A stretch of DNA of 43,217 nt from Phoronis australis (taxonomy: Eukaryota > Animalia > Phoronida): NCBI GenBank assembly GCA_002633005.1, contig NMRA01000110.1, positions 937,915 through 981,131 on the forward strand, in the 5' to 3' direction. The position numbers and the translations under genes were made by a program. Shown one piece after another: positions 23,096 to 35,296 of the stretch. The notes under the pieces were generated by a model. It saw nothing but the letters and a program-made list of their open reading frames with translations. It searched no databases and was not told where the DNA came from. Positions within the stretch are counted from its first letter, which is position 1. Each line of letters begins with the position of its first letter.

Positions 23096-24585
23096 ACGCA
23101 TGCTATGAACATTCCCACTAAATAAAATTGGTTCTAACCCCGGTGTTTAAGGTACACGGCGGGGTATGGAAAATTGAACTAGACCGTATTTATCCACCTT
23201 GGCTGAGACGCGCTCGGCTCATGCTCAAAGGGATGCCGCCAAGCTGCTCTATTCATCGAGTCACGAGCGAGGATAATTGACTTCGCTCATGCGGATATGA
23301 TCAGCTGATTACAGTCTAGCCTAACAACTGTACTTTTTATGGAGAGAATTTTACGTAGTTTTTACTGTAATATTTGAAAAGAGGAGCGAAAACAAATACG
23401 AATACAACTTTGAATTTTTCAAATCGGCCCAGGATAAGAGATTTTGCAACACAGAAACACTCACGATTACTTTCATTCGGCGCGCACGAATACAAAAATA
23501 TAGGACCCAAGTTAGGATTGTATAAATGTAGAACTACTCCGTGTGTTATTTAGGTTTTGGAAAAAATGCATTTTAATACTCAAAATACGTTTTGTATAGC
23601 TATTACAAGCTCTAAAACGACTTTGTGTAATTTCATTGAGATCGTTCTTTGTCATCCGTCAAACCGGAAACTTCCGAGATGTGACTCTGCGAGCGCACTC
23701 ACCTTGCACGTTACAGCCGTTTAAGTGAAAAACAATCTAGTAAACGCCATTTTCTTGCATAATCCTCCGCCTTTTGTAACAAAAAAGTCTATCGTCGATG
23801 ACCCGCACACGCACGCTCACTCACTCTCATACGCAGACGACCTTCAAAACAAACGTCACGTGACAACAACATGTGTGTTCATCCAGAGATTTTTCTCGTG
23901 TTGTGGAGTACGATGTAGCGCACATTTGGACTTAATCGCAATTAATCTGGACTCCACATGAACTTTAAAAATTGTAAAACATCAGGAAGATTTCAGGTAA
24001 TTTGTTGAGTCGAAACTATATTTTTATTCAAGAGTACAAGTTTTCCTATTGACGATGGCGATTCAGCGGCGACGCATCAGTCGGCAAGTTTTCGCCCTGT
24101 GATGAGCACAATTTTTTGAAAGATTATCGTAATTTAACAACGGAAGTTCATAGCAATGCACCACAATTTTGTAGAAAGACTGTCATATGCTAAAATTCGT
24201 CACAAAGCGTAAATTTTATGAATCCTAGCTTCCGATTTTACCCGTTTGGGAAACCGGCTTTCAACTGCCGTAGGCTACAATAAGAATCCCCTCCCCGTGA
24301 AATGATTTTTTCTAAGCGTTTATTAGAGCCAATACAGTATACAGCTTTCCACCAAGGCTAGATGATACTACGACACTATTCTTTGTTGCATTAGTAACTG
24401 GTCTTGGCTAATATTATCATTTTATGGCCTGGTCATCCATTCAGCCAAAAGTAGTTCCAGAGGTGGCTTATCAGCCAATTATTCACGCATGCTGACTCAC
24501 AATAGAAGCCTGATAAGAGTGAAGGTGGATAAATGCGGTGTTCCTACAGTTTCTTGTTTTAGTGGATGTGTTCACGACATGCGTA
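23096..24585. mobile_element. Nested TIR/foldback element interrupting the left TIR of Kolobok copy 3
   Basis: ACGCATGCTATGAACATTCCCACTAAA / TTTAGTGGATGTGTTCACGACATGCGT termini; ACCGTATTTATCCACCTT / AAGGTGGATAAATGCGGT internal inverted match; the Kolobok TIR alignment resumes right after it. Confidence 0.68.
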
Positions 24586-25472
24586 CGGTTGCGTTACCTG
24601 ACAGCTGACGACAGAGGGAGGTGTTGAAATTTTCCAATGACGTCATCGGTTTCACACGCAGTCTGTTCAGCAGTTTACAACACGGGTTACTGGTGTCAGG
24701 TTATCGCTTGAAGTCATCGTTTAACACCAATAAATCATCAAACTTCGATGAAAAATCCTTAAAAATACATCGAGTTCTTATAAAAACGTTTTGTTTTATT
24801 TCGCTCTCACGGATTTATTGGTATTTGGACAAACCGTAGCCTACAAAGTTCGGCAGGCCGATAAGGTCCGTAGCAGGACTTTGGGGTCTGTTTGGAGATA
24901 ATTTTGAAGTATTTTCCGTGAGATACAGACAGGAGAACATAGATCTGTGTTGTTTAGACTTTTGAATTTTTGAGTTCTTAACACAAAACGCTTGTTAGCC
25001 TGGCCAGTGGCTCNTATACTAGTGAGCCAAAGTAATGTGCACCTGGTTATGTTGGTGAATTAGCCACGAAACTGCAAATCTACTTAATCGTCGGAGGCCG
25101 CGAATTCAGGTTCCGTCAGGGCAGAAGTTGTACATTGACAATAATTATTTGATTAATGTAAATGTAAATAAAGATTCCCCTAACACCTGGCGGTTGGATT
25201 GGAATTGAGTTGTTTCACAACAGTTTCTGCCAGCTAACACTAAATTAGAATGAGCTCACACGGCCTAGGTGTCCGGTCAATTAAATTTATTGCACCAAGC
25301 CGGTAACGCAGTGATTTATTCATTGCTGGCTTCTCAAATCATTTGCACTCACGAACACTCCAAAAACATTACAAATTGAATCTAATAAGACAGACCTTGT
25401 TTCACTTTTATATAAGTATTGGTTAGGGTGAGAATAATTCATTTTGAAACACAACGCTCAGTAATCGCCAAC

Positions 25473-25645
25473 ATGGCAACTCGTAATCCCGACTTAGGAC
25501 GAGCTACATGTAGAGCTCATTAGTCCCGACTTCGCAGGTGGATCGTTAAGTTTTACAGGCTATCAATTCGAACAGGAATACAGTGATGGAGAAATACTAG
25601 AGAGGCGCCGTGAACAAGCTCAGACAACGGAACTTATGGGATTAT
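25473..25645 (+). pseudogene. 5' fragment of ballast-like/KolX-type gene
   Basis: FTGYQFEQEYSDGEILERRREQ resembles GYMFEPEYNEAE of copy 1; the Cys cluster is missing. Confidence 0.55.
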
Positions 25646-25674
25646 TTGGTATGCCGGCATTCGTCAGGCACTGT

Positions 25675-25873
25675 CTACGTCTGCAAGCCACAGACACGGT
25701 GATGTTTCACGGCCTCATACTTGCTATTTACAGCGTACATTTCATTCTTCACTAATATGAGCCACTTCCTAAGCATTTCGGACTCTCGAGGAAGCAAAAA
25801 AACGATATTCCAGCTTTCCTCGCAGCTTCTTAGTTCGGACGAGCGGGAAAGATGCACCGCAACATAGCGGCAT
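25675..25873 (-). pseudogene. THAP-domain fragment
   Basis: LRKWLILVKNEMYAVNSKYEAVKHHRVCG aligns with VRRTWLVRVKNAALPVHATYKAVENYRVCG of copy 1. Confidence 0.78.
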
Positions 25874-26119
25874 TCACTCTGCATATGAACCACTGACATC
25901 GCTAGCGTCATTTCTCACCTTCCTCACAGGTTAACGCGACACCTCTTGGCAAGGTAAGGTCGACCGTATGCGAGGCGATGTGGATATAGACCGATTAAGA
26001 CGGCAAAAAAGACTAATTAAATCGGCTGGCATTCTCCTTTAATAGAACCTGGATCATTTTTTGAGTCGCTGATGGTTTCGATTCCCTGCGTGTGAAGTTT
26101 AAGTACAGTCACGATGACA

Positions 26120-27735
26120 AATATTTTTTTATAAAATTATGTGTATTATGAAATATTCAGTACAATAAATATACATGTACATACCCAGAAAGCACCAAGA
26201 GGCAAAGTGTCTGGGTTAAATACATACAAGGAAATCTATATACAATTATTATACACAAATACATGGACATAAATTAAAAAGAATGATGTTAAGATTATAA
26301 TAACATATGATTACGAAAGTAAATATATCATTTCGATACACAATGAATTATTTTATATGTATCACAAAAAGATTCAACATTAAAAAGAAATTTTGATACT
26401 CTTTCAAATAAAACCTTATTTTCACTTGGGTCGAGTTCTTTACTTCCATTTAGAAAAAAAATAATTTTGTTACACATTTGAGGAATATCTAAATATTTTT
26501 TGTAAACATTGGGGGTAATGTTTGAGTGTGTGTACCCTCTGCTCCCCGCATACCGTACAGGCAAAGAAAACAGGAGCATATGCCTGAGTAACTAAACATG
26601 ACCACAGGAGTGAAATATTATTAAAATTATGTCCAAACTTGTCGTTGTTTAAGAATAGTCAACATCGTGACCTTTCTAGATCTATTAGTGGTATAATGTT
26701 TAAAGTTATTTCTGAGAGTGACGATTGAAGTGCTTTCTTTTAACTTGGCTGATATGGAATTTCAGTTGTCAGTGCACGTTATTATCATACATTGTACATC
26801 TCCTGAAGGCTTGACTGAGGGAAGAGTGAATGGTGTATACGTTACTTTACCGCAGTCCTGGTCTTGTGTTAAGTCTTTTGTGGGAGTCAAAGAGGATTTT
26901 GTTTGAATAATTGTTTATGTTGTTTAATACTTTGAATGTATTGACAGGTGGAGTTTACGACCGGTTGCCAGTTTGCCCCAGTTAAGACTATGTAGAGCTT
27001 TGATTATGTTGGATCATTTGTGTGCTCCTGTTATGGCTAAAGCTGCTTGGTATTGTAGTCTTCCTAATTGAAGAAGTATGCATGCGTTTGCTGATTGGCA
27101 GAATGTATCACACTAATCTAGCTGTGTGAGTAGAAAAGTATTGAACAGAGTTTCAAGTTGAGATGACGAAAGACGATTCTAATTGAATTGATTATTTTTG
27201 GATTGATTTTATGAACGAGTTCGCGACACTGTGGAGTAAATGTAAGCTTATGGCCTAGTAACAAGCCAGGGTGTTTAAGTGTGAGCTTTTTGGGTATAAC
27301 TTCCCCATTGACTGATAGGTCCAGTATTAGATTTGTATGGAAAATGAGTATTATTAGACTTAAAAAATATTAGATGAACACTTTTTGCAGGTTTAAGTTT
27401 CATCTTCCATTTGCAAGACCAGTCATAGAGTTTGTTTAGGTCAGTTGGTAATAGAAGGAGTCACTGAGATGTTTTTTTAGAATGTGTTGAAAATTGCAGT
27501 ATCATTATCATACAAGAAGTTTTTATAGTTTATTATGACTGGAAGATCATTTATGTAGAGTAGACACACTCAGTTCGTCATTCCAGATATGACTTAAAAA
27601 GTAAGAGGAAGGTGCCTGAGAAACCGTAACATTGTAATTCGTGTAGATGCAAACCATAGGGAACGGCATCAAAGCTGACGCAATGTCTAAAAATACGGAC
27701 CTCACGTTGTACCCTTGCTCAAAGTGGTACACGAT
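26120..27735 (-). mobile_element. 5'-truncated CR1-group LINE (ORF2 RT to 3' end), degenerate
   Basis: Minus-strand fragments VRSVFLDIA.A, LYDWSCKWKMKL.P.K, QYQAALAITGA, LNW..L..RKLH and a C-terminal FLNG..L...ENK.LF..V..F segment, in LINE order. Confidence 0.8.
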
Positions 27736-28531
27736 ATCAAGCGATCACAAATATCAACAGAACGATTTGATGAGCGCACATGTAAAAAGTTTTTTTTTTT
27801 CTTTTTGTTCCAAACGCTGAAAAAACGATGTTGGAAACAACACGAAAATGTCGACACTGGCACATTACAAACACTTAGAATTAAACAAACGTCATTTGCA
27901 CGTATCCAATATGTGGGTATGTCATTTGCACTTATTACTACACTTGCTAAAGCACACAGGCAAACTCCAGATACTCCGGTGAGTACAATGTCAACGCTAA
28001 GCCGTTTTTGATTTCGTTCATCTTTAACTATTCAAACAATATTAATTAAGAGTGACATAATATTTATGTTAAAAAGCAAACATTTGGCATCCGAGTTTAG
28101 CCAAAGATAAGCGTTAACCCAAACGAGCATTTACACTCAAGAAATCGACAGAATGTCTTCCCCATTCGTTCATGCACTTTCTTTCCAAGAGGGTCGACAC
28201 CAAAAACATTCATACCCTATTCTAGATAAGTTGTTCTTATACTGATGCTCGACACAGCTTGCCAAAATGATGTAAAGCTAGTACTGTTTTATGACCTACT
28301 ATAAAACACTTGAATGTATATGTAATTTTCATTTTTTAAACGTATGAGATGCGGAAAGGGAAAAATTGTGAAAAAAGAAAACCAATCCTTTTTTGTTAAT
28401 TCAACAGTATTTAATAAATTCAGTCATGTTTAAAATGCAATTCAATTCTATTTTGTGAATTTGATACTACTTTAAAAATCATGTCTGTTTTGTAAATTCA
28501 ATTCTAACACTGTTCAGAAGAAAACATGGAG

Positions 28532-28684
28532 AATCGACAGTGTTTTATAAAATCGACCCTGTTTTGTCAATCCTGACGGCGATTCACAGAACTAACCCTA
28601 ATACGAAAATCGATCGTGTTTTATTAAATGGAGTCTGCATCGTTAATCCTGTTGTCGATTCCTAAAACTAATCCCACTATGAAA
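28532..28684. repeat. ~76-bp diverged tandem duplication
   Basis: AATCGACAGTGTTTTATAAAATCGA...AATCCTG..CGATTC...ACTAACCCTAATACGAA is repeated as AATCGATCGTGTTTTATTAAATGGA...AATCCTG..CGATTC...ACTAATCCCACTATGAA. Confidence 0.6.
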
Positions 28685-29172
28685 GCCCGCAACAGTAATA
28701 ACGACATTCCTTCCAAGTTAGGCAGGTCCAAAGCCTTCGATACGAATGCTCAAGCTTGTACGTACATGTAGTTATATTTCCAGTATAAAAATCGTCTGCA
28801 AGATCTGTTCTCGAATATTTTTTATCTGAAATAACAACGAGTGCCAGGGGGAGTTCTGCCATTTTCAGTCACGTGATTAACTAATATCGCTTTCCATTGA
28901 CAGGATTTGCAAAACGGTATTGTAACATAAACATACACAATTACAATAAATTCAAGGCGTGAGAACATAATGTTTTACATAACCTGTTTGATGACTGCCT
29001 CGTTCGTCATGCGTCTGTTTGGTCCTCTTGGTGTAGGACGCTTTCGCCAGTTGTTTTTTCGAGCGGCCTATAAAACGTCGTAAGCCCACCTCTGTTTAGA
29101 CGCGGTGCAAAATCAGGATGGTCCGTGAGACACATCTGCTTTTCTTCAAGAAGTCGATTCACTGACGCCACC

Positions 29173-29206
29173 ACAGAAACAGAAACAGAAACAGAAACAG
29201 AAACAG
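29173..29206. repeat. (ACAGAA)n hexamer microsatellite
   Basis: About 5.5 perfect units; gives the ETETET run in ORF 29125..29412. Confidence 0.9.
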
Positions 29207-30376
29207 CTAATTCACCAAACCATTCACGAGTTCATTATTTCTTTGGGTCACTAATATATTATTTTTGTGACTTGAACTTTAGTTTCCAACTTTGGCTGGT
29301 TTCTGTTCGTGATGTCTTCAGTGCAGCGGCGATGGGCCTGACCGGGTTTCGAGCCACTCGCCGGGATTGCAAGCGTTTTGTGTGTTTAGAGCTGAAAAAA
29401 TCGCAAATCTGAATTCACAAAACACAGCTATGTTATTCCGTTAGTATTTCACGGACGAATAATTCGAATTCATCACCGAACCCCAATTTCCCGTGACCGT
29501 CCTTGATGAGTTGGCCTCATACGGAACTCTGTACGCTACGATACGTTCAAATACCTTAAAATCCGTAACAGCGAAATAAAACACGTTTTTCAATAACTTG
29601 ATGCATTTGCAAGGGTTTTACATCGAATTTTGATGATTTGTTGGTGTAAAACGACGAATTCATGCGAAAAGCTTGACACCAGTAAGCGTGTTGTGAACTG
29701 CTGAAAAGAATCCGTTCGAACCTCTTTCTGCTGTCAGATAACAGTGCTGTACTTGCTGTTATCGAGTGGAACTATTCTGTCTAAATTGATACAAAATAGG
29801 TTGTTTTGGGTGGCAGTCTCCTTTAAGCCTCTTCCTAACGCTTGTGTAACTAAGCTTGACTTTTGATGAACCTTGACCGATTCAAAAAACCTGCTCTATT
29901 GCTGGCTAACTATTAACTAGCAATTTACTAATTATTTAGCTGTTATTATAAATCTTATTAACTCGATCCTTAGTAGTCATTGTTCAAGCACATTCTAGAA
30001 GTTTCTTCAATAATATGCTACATGTAGGCTGCAGAGGGTTCCAAACTCCGGCTCTATTTGGATTACTGCCATACTGGAACCAGTTAAGTGTTTGGTTTAT
30101 ATAAATTACAATGAACTGACCTGACATAACTTGTTGAATCTGCTAATAAACCAAAAGCAAAGCCAAATACGTCGGGTAGAACCGAAACTAGTGCCAGTCT
30201 ACTCCTAAGACATGGCCACTTTTCCATAGCAGAGCTTCTTCAAGATGCCTGCATTCACTTTTTCTTCTAGAAACAATAAGTTCACGAGTTAAAATGTGAT
30301 TCAGGAAAATTTAGAGTTGAGTTAAGTTTACAGAACCATTTCTGCTATCAACTACGCCGTTGCCGTTTAATTTCAG

Positions 30377-31808
30377 GTCGCTCACCTTTGAAAGTTAAAA
30401 CAACTTCGGGAACTTACATTGGTCAATACGAAGACATCACTACGTACCCTCTACCGGGAACAAGGAGAACAACTTCCTTTTATGGAATCCGCTATGGCTC
30501 TGCTGCAAGATTTGAAGCTTCCAACTTAGCTGAAAAGGAAGCAACTCCTCAAAATGCTAGTCAGCACTCCAAAGCATGTTACCAAATCGACCTGACTGGG
30601 CTTCTTCCTGGTCTTGTTTATAGCAATATGATAGAAGATTGTCTTACACTTAACGTGTACGTACCTGGAGACATGACTTGTCTGAAGAAGAAGAAACCGG
30701 TTATGATTTGGGTTCACCCTGGTGGCCTACAAAGCGAAGCAGCGTTTATGTATAACGCTTCACAACTAGCGCTCAACGGCGATGTTATCGTGGTTACTAT
30801 ACAATACCGACTTGGCATTTTGGGTTTTTTGAATCTAGAAGATTCTACCTCCGTCTCTAACAACGCCTTACGGGACATTCTGACAGCGTGTAAATGGGTT
30901 CAAAAAAATATATACAAATTTGGTGGAAACAAGCGTAAAGTAACAATTTTTGGTCAGTCGGGTGGTTCAATTGCAGTGACGTTGTTGGTTGCTAGTCCTT
31001 TGTCTCAGGGTTTGTTTCATAGAGCAATGGCAATGAGCGGAGGAATAAACTCTATGGGCATGCGGAAGTGTTCCTCAGTAGAACACAATTCCTTTCTGGC
31101 AGCTATAAAACTGAACTGTAATCACACTAACCCTAACGACACTCTTCAGTGCATGCAATCTTTGACTCCGGAAGAAGTCATTGAGAGCCAACCTCATAAC
31201 CTTTTTGAACTGTGGGAGAATAGATTTGACCTTGCTTTTATACCATGCTATGGTGACGACGTTTTTCCGGAACACCCCAAAAAGATTTTCAAAGACGGTT
31301 CTCAAAATCTGGTAGACTTCGTGGTAGGGGTGACTTATCATGATGGTATATTTGCTATGCCATTCACATACTACACTCAACCAGTGACTGACTCTCTGAT
31401 GTTGCACGAGGTTTCCAAAATTACTGTTGCTTTGTATCCTGATGATCCCTCAGCAGCTGCTACGGCCATTCTGAATTTCTATAACAATTCAGATGTTTAT
31501 GCGGACTCGGACCCCCAACGACTTGAAAAGATGCTTCTGGATATTCACACGGATCGGATGATCATTGATATTTACGAAACACTTTCCCTCCACAGGGAGA
31601 ACAAACAAAATTCTTATTTCTACGTCGTGAATTACTCTTGGGTTCCAGGTGGAAAGGATTTCATTATTGGACAACACGGTACAGATTTGAGCATCGTCTT
31701 TGGTCAGTTTCTCAGGCCTGGAACTTTGGAATTCCAGACGAAGAACAACGCTACAGTTGATATTACGTATCTCGTACAGAATGCATGGACCAACTTTGGC
31801 AAGACAGG
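30377..31808 (+). CDS. Type-B carboxylesterase/cholinesterase-family alpha/beta hydrolase, main exon
   Basis: FYGIRYG, EDCLTLNVYVP, WVHPGG, YRLGILGFL, WVQKNIYKFGG, VTIFGQSGG, AMSG, GVTYHDG, QHGTDL, WTNFGKTG; acceptor TTTCAG ends at 30376, donor GG|GTAGGT at 31808/31809. Confidence 0.96.
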
Positions 31809-31924
31809 GTAGGTGTTCTTTATATCACCAACATATGCACACTTGTTATTGAAAACATTTGTGTTACACTCTTGCTTCACTGCACAATCAACTACAACCA
31901 CGCACCTCTCAATTCCGCAACCAG

Positions 31925-33222
31925 GGCCCGGTCTCCAATCTCCGTACTCAGACTCGATTCATGCTCAAACTCACACTTTATACTCAACTCGAGTACAGAC
32001 TCAGTTTTGGTGTATTCAATGCCATACTCGAAAAATCAGTACTCGAAATTTCGAGCACGTACTCAGTTTTCGAGTGTACTCGAACTGAAGTGTATCTCAT
32101 ATATATTTCGAGTACGATTTTGAGTAAAAATTTGGAGTCTATGCTCAAATTTCAAGTTTGGTATGGCAGTGTGCTTGAAATCGTACTCGAAAATAAATAC
32201 GAGCCAGAGAACAAAATATCGAAAGGGAACCAAGAAACACAGCAAATCTAAAAAAATAAATCCTCTTACCGTATCTCAGCACTTCAATTTCAGTTCAGAG
32301 ATAATAGTTTTCATCTTAAATCTTCTTATTCTTCACCTTATTAACCCGCCGTATCACTGTATGTTATGGCCGCCATTCTACCTCTACAATTCCTGGCAAC
32401 AGGCGCATTGTAATCCCTTGTCGGCGAGTCATAACAAGCGTCGAAAGCAGTTGTGGGAAAAGTCGTGTGAGAAGTTTGTGCTGCCCTTATTTCGGTATGT
32501 GTGCCTACGTTTTGTAGGGTTTCCAAAAGACGAGGAGGGGAGGGAAGTTAAAAAAAGTTCGCTTCCCTGTCAGGTACATTTCTCATCATAACTTAGTCAT
32601 CTATAATTCCTCAATCCCCAAATGGAATTCCAGATTTTGTTTGCCGATTTCTAAGTAGACGTCTCGTCCCGTTCACTGCCACTGGTGAACTCTGAATGCC
32701 TGCACAAGTATTGTTTTTTAACTCACGTGCCAAATGTCAACTCACTTGATACATCCCGGTAAAATACAAAGATACAGTATCAAAGTTTGACATCAGCGTA
32801 GGCCTACACAGCAATGGGTTTTATGTCAAGACTAAATTAGCAACAGAGATGTGATGTGATAAGCTGTTACAAATTTCTTTTAAAAGACGTTTTCGGGACT
32901 GGGTGAGGAACTCAAGAAGTGAAGCTTAATAATTGCCAAATGTATCAACGAAATGACATAAGAATATTTATTGAAACTAAAAAATGAATAACAGTTACAG
33001 AACACTCAGAATTCCACGTTATAGACATACTGTAGTTGTAGCGACAGCAGACGATAATGTAGGCCTAGTTCTTGGGGTGGTCTATTCCAATAGGGAGCGA
33101 TGAGTCTACTCGAAATACGACATTAGATACGCTTTTTTGAGTACGACTCCAGTGAGCACGATTTTGAGTATGAAATCTCGAGTATGAGTATGAGTCTGAG
33201 TACGGAGATTGGAGACCGGGCC
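31925..33222. mobile_element. Non-autonomous PIF/Harbinger-type element in intron 2
   Basis: Perfect 31-bp TIRs GGCCCGGTCTCCAATCTCCGTACTCAGACTC (31925-31955 / 33192-33222); 3-bp CAG TSD (31922-31924, 33223-33225); subterminal TACTC/GAGTA arrays. Confidence 0.9.
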
Positions 33223-33745
33223 CAGGTATTCGATTTTTATCTGTACAATCTCTGGTGTTTCAGTAAGGACTAAGATTTTGTCGACGAACAGGGGTGGAAA
33301 ATAAGGGCAGTGAAATGTGTTGGTAAGTCTAATAATATGACAACAGGGAGAGATTTAGGCTTTAAAAGATTTCCCAATGACTCAATTTAACACAGACATG
33401 CCGCAGACGAATATTCGTGATCTGGTGGCCCACAATTAAGCGATTCGTCAACTTACGAACAAGCTGATAACCACACAACCTTGGGCCTTCGATAGTTTGT
33501 AAATCCCCTTCGACCTATACCTGACATGAAGAGTGTGGAATGTAAACAACGAAGTTAGATGAACTCTTCATATCGGCTCTGGTAGTGAACAAAGATGGTG
33601 TCTCCATCGAAGTGTAGACGCCCCATCATGAGATGTCGCTGGGGTATCCTCAGAGGGGGTGGTCACGACGAAACCAGTGGACAAAGGACTCGACCACACA
33701 ATAAGACCAATAACCCCTCAACTGAAAAGTGCAAAGTGAATGATA

Positions 33746-33788
33746 AAACGTGTCCTGCTAAACCGTGTCCTGCTTAACCGTGTCCTGT
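33746..33788. repeat. 15-bp tandem repeat x3
   Basis: AAACGTGTCCTGCT(A), AACCGTGTCCTGCTT, AACCGTGTCCTGT. Confidence 0.85.
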
Positions 33789-34142
33789 CGATTGATTTCA
33801 AGGCACTGAACTTATTGTGAGGCCACAATTTGGAGGCGTTGTGCGTCATACTCGGTATAAATAATTCGCGTGTTTTTCTCAAGCATCAACTGAGTAAATT
33901 TACAGTGTTTACACTCAAAATGGATCCATTTTCGTGACAGCGACAAGACAACGTGCCCAATGAATCGGGATTTCTTAAGACGGCCCGGGAACGATAATTC
34001 ATTTACCACTTTAGTATTGTTCAATGTCTCATCCTTACCGTAGAAATTGTTACTTGTACAGATAATGAGATAGCATGTTTTGGATTTATTACAGCCGATA
34101 AAACTCACATTGTCCTAAGCCATGTTATGCTACCGTTTTCAG

Positions 34143-34359
34143 AGACCCAAACCCTTTGGATCCCTGTAGACCGACGAGCACTACAACATGGCCAATGTTC
34201 AAAGACCAGGGAAACTACACGGGTCATTACTTGGAGTGGTCCAAGGATGATGCAGCAGGCTTAGCCACGCCCACTATAAAGGATCGTCTGCGTTCGGAAA
34301 GTGTCATGAAATTCTGGTTGGCCGACCTGCCAGCATACAAGGCATCCTGTGGAAACTAA
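34143..34359 (+). CDS. Carboxylesterase final coding exon
   Basis: Acceptor TTTTCAG ends at 34142. The phase-2 join gives FGKTG-DPN...WPMF...YLEW...LR...KFW, the canonical family C-terminus; TAA at 34357-34359. Confidence 0.92.
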
Positions 34360-34411
34360 GATGGCATTGTACAGTTAGACTGTAGCTGCAATCACTTTGC
34401 ACAGCCTAGAA

Positions 34412-34417
34412 AATAAA
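34412..34417 (+). promoter_or_regulatory. Candidate polyadenylation signal
   Basis: First AATAAA after the stop codon; usage unverified. Confidence 0.35.
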
Positions 34418-35296
34418 TAGTAGGTTTGGCAGCAGTTTTGCGGTAGGTATTACATGTACATGTAGGGGAGGTGAATCTGTTGTTGTGCTTATGAACATGC
34501 TGGGGATGAGAAATGTTCGCTAGTTTGGCTGGAGAAAAAAAATTGTTTAAAATTGATAGAGGTCCTCTATAGCATTTTGAAAATACTAGTTAACGACTGA
34601 GGATCGACTTCAGCTGGCCCTAAGATACCTCAGAATTGTGAATGCGTTAGTTACATGGCAGCGCTTTTGTATCACTTTTTGGGGGAATCTAGCAATGGCA
34701 GGGAAGTGCTGAGTATGAGGTCATGAGTAAGGTCAAGATTGTGTTTTTGCCATTTTTCAGAGGCTGATTTCTCTGTTAGCAGGAATGAAAGGGGCAAAGG
34801 CAGCAGGCAAAACGAGGCTTATGTTATCATGCTTAGAGGTTTTAAGTGAAATTTCACACGACTTTTCATTTTCTGACTCTTTTGACAGCAGAGTTAAATA
34901 CATGTAAAGGCAACATATCCTGTGACGTGTGCTCTGCCAGGCAAAACCCTGTGAAAACTCAGTAGTGTAAAGTGCCTCTTAAATCAATGGGTCTAATGTA
35001 TGGTGTATTGTGGGAAATGTCAAATAAAATGGGAATGAGAAATCTTGAAATTGTGTCAGTTGTCAAATAATTACCTGAAGGTAAGTTCTTGTTGAACTTG
35101 TCGAGACTGAAATAACCACATTTTAGCAGCTGTTCACTGCCCCAGTACCTCGATTTACGAAGGATATATTGAGGTGTATATTGCTCCGTGGCATAATAAC
35201 TGCCAAGGAACACAGAAAAAAAGTCAATCTCATTCAAAACTGCAAACACAAAGCCTTAAAAAAGTAAATTCCACACTCTTGAGTCCACAGTAACAC

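Larger units (their letters stand above)
23026..29822. mobile_element. Composite Kolobok-type element (copy 3) with long TIRs, inside carboxylesterase intron 1
   Basis: TTAA|AGGAGCATTCCACCCAAAA.. and ..TTTTGGGTGGCAGTCTCCT|TTAA. The left arm (23026-23095 plus ~24586-25063) is an inverted match to the right arm ~29206-29822. Confidence 0.82.

Noticed and set aside
30388-30390. ORF-track start (TTG) of the esterase
   Set aside because: The locus is eukaryotic; the frame is entered by splicing at 30377.
31940-32200. Regularly recurring TACTCG motifs resembling a CRISPR-like array
   Set aside because: Short motifs in both orientations with irregular spacing inside a TIR element; these are subterminal repeats in a eukaryotic context.
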